Shown here piece after piece: positions 62,998 through 64,000 of a stretch of 64,000 nucleotides of DNA (within the stretch, counting starts at the first letter, position 1; each line of letters starts with the position of its first letter). This DNA comes from an uncultured Actinomycetota bacterium (GTDB taxonomy: Bacteria > Actinomycetota > Actinomycetes > Propionibacteriales > DAIQRJ01). The stretch is taken from positions 463,425 to 527,424 of the forward strand of contig CAVRUZ010000002.1 in NCBI GenBank assembly GCA_963724495.1, given 5' to 3'. The notes beneath the pieces were generated by a model. That model had not been told where the DNA came from. It was given only the letters and a program-made list of their open reading frames with translations, and ran no database searches. A program made the translations under genes and the position numbers.

Positions 62998-63029
62998 TCG
63001 TTGCGGCCGTTTGGGTAAATACGCAACGA
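62998..63029. promoter_or_regulatory. 8-bp perfect inverted repeat in the rmlC/sufR divergent promoter region (candidate SufR operator)
   Basis: TCGTTGCG-N16-CGCAACGA with an AT-richer spacer GCCGTTTGGGTAAATA. It lies immediately upstream of the sufR ORF. Confidence 0.35.
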
Positions 63030-63036
63030 TGGCATA

Positions 63037-63903
63037 GTGAAAACGATCGACGTGCAGGAGCGACCCCGTGACGGGGTCTCTTCGAGCGCGCCGACGCCCG
63101 GCTCCAGGCAGGTGAACGTCCGTGCCGGCGGGGATCCCGGTGACCAGTTCGACCATGGCACCCGCGAGCGCGTGGCCAGGGCGCTGTTGCTGGAACGGGC
63201 CGTCACCGCGTCGGCCATCTCGACCGAGCTGGGCCTCACCGCCGCCGCGGTCCGTCGTCACCTGGACGCGCTCGAAGCAGACGGACTGGCCGAGCCGTAC
63301 GAACTGCTCGCCACCGGTCAGCGTGGCCGTCCCGCCCGAGCCTTCCGGCTCACCGAAGCGGGACGCGATCGCTTCCCCGACGGCTATGAGGACCTCGCGC
63401 TGTCAGCGATGCGCTTCCTCGGCGCCAACGGCGGCCAGCAGGCGGTGGACGCGTTCGCCCGCAAGCACGCCGAGCGGCTGGAGCGAAGGCTCGGCGACTG
63501 GGCCTCCCGACCGGCCCCGACAGAGACCGACGCAACCGGCACTGCCGACTCGGAGGCTCCCAGCGACGACGTGCTCGCCGCCAGGTTCGCCGAGGCACTG
63601 ACCCAGGCCGGGTACCCGTCCTCGGTCCGGCCCGTCGGCACCGGCGTGCAGCTGTGCCAGCACCACTGCCCGGTCGCCCACATCGCCACCGCCTTCCCGC
63701 AGCTGTGCGAGGCGGAGACCGAGGTGTTCGCCCAGATCCTCGGGCGGCACGTCCAGCGTCTCGCCACGATCGCGCACGGCGACGGGGTCTGCACAACCCA
63801 CATACCGGCACGACCCGAGACCGCAAGCCCCCGAAGCACCTCACCCGAACCTCTTGAAACGCCTGATACCGGCTCCGCCGGACGGAAGGACATCTCTCGA
63901 TGA
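63037..63903 (+). CDS. sufR: SufR-like transcriptional regulator (HTH plus Cys-rich sensor domain)
   Basis: HTH region AISTELGLTAAAVRRHLDALEADGL. Cys cluster CQHHCPVAHIATAFPQLCEAE...GDGVC. The stop overlaps the sufB ATG. The start codon is uncertain. Confidence 0.75.
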   Translation: MKTIDVQERPRDGVSSSAPTPGSRQVNVRAGGDPGDQFDHGTRERVARALLLERAVTASAISTELGLTAAAVRRHLDALEADGLAEPYELLATGQRGRPARAFRLTEAGRDRFPDGYEDLALSAMRFLGANGGQQAVDAFARKHAERLERRLGDWASRPAPTETDATGTADSEAPSDDVLAARFAEALTQAGYPSSVRPVGTGVQLCQHHCPVAHIATAFPQLCEAETEVFAQILGRHVQRLATIAHGDGVCTTHIPARPETASPRSTSPEPLETPDTGSAGRKDISR

Positions 63904-64000
63904 CCGTCACCGACAAGCTGCAGAGCACCGACGCCACCGTGCCCGTGGCCGACAGCAAGGCCGAGCAGGACCGCACGATCGACGCCCTCGGTCGCTACAA
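63900..64000 (+). CDS. sufB: Fe-S cluster assembly protein SufB, N-terminal fragment (continues beyond the window)
   Basis: Product MTVTDKLQSTDATVPVADSKAEQDRTIDALGRY.... GGAAGGA RBS. ATGA overlap with sufR. Conserved position after sufR. Confidence 0.7.
   Translation, partial: MTVTDKLQSTDATVPVADSKAEQDRTIDALGRY

Overview
High-GC actinobacterial chromosome segment; hand-counted 60-nt lines give about 65-72% GC. Housekeeping synteny is conserved. The + strand carries uvrA, then uvrC-rapZ-yvcK-whiA-gap-pgk-(insert)-tpiA-secG. The - strand carries the oxidative pentose-phosphate operon tkt-tal-pgi-zwf-opcA-pgl. ctaB and ctaA (heme O/A synthases) flank an accessory block, and sufR-sufB sit at the right edge. 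Accessory content: a secreted metallophosphoesterase-PKD protein, a three-gene ABC-2 transporter, Gfo/Idh/MocA oxidoreductases, and a UxaA-type dehydratase. An ~18-kb block between rmlA/ctaB and ctaA/rmlC holds DinB, a P-loop kinase, GNAT, GH36, GT4, a 2OG oxygenase, a CDP-alcohol phosphatidyltransferase, paired ABC exporters, a DesK/NarL-type two-component system with an ABC-2 pump, and MMPL. I recognised no rRNA, tRNA, CRISPR, transposase or integrase. Main sequence-level observations follow. (1) A family of ~75-nt imperfect palindromes with AAACATGCAG...CTGCATGTTT termini that I could not match to any family I know. There are 7 copies at 5 intergenic loci, including a 3-unit 150/151-bp tandem array. 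Two copies lie inside ~180-bp direct repeats that bracket a GNAT gene, within a 1.8-kb antisense insert that splits pgk from tpiA. (2) Seven otherwise conserved genes (metallophosphoesterase, rapZ, LLM oxidoreductase, opcA, pgi, tal, ctaA) are each broken by a single-base indel. The four sites that can be pinned to a base are short homopolymer insertions. This looks more like base-calling or assembly error than biology, but it needs read-level checking. (3) Lys/Ala-rich basic tails on UvrA and, in a shifted frame, on OpcA. (4) Several strong intergenic hairpins and short repeats near gap-pgk, tal, uvrA and sufR. All functional calls rest on motif and family recognition by eye. No database search was run.
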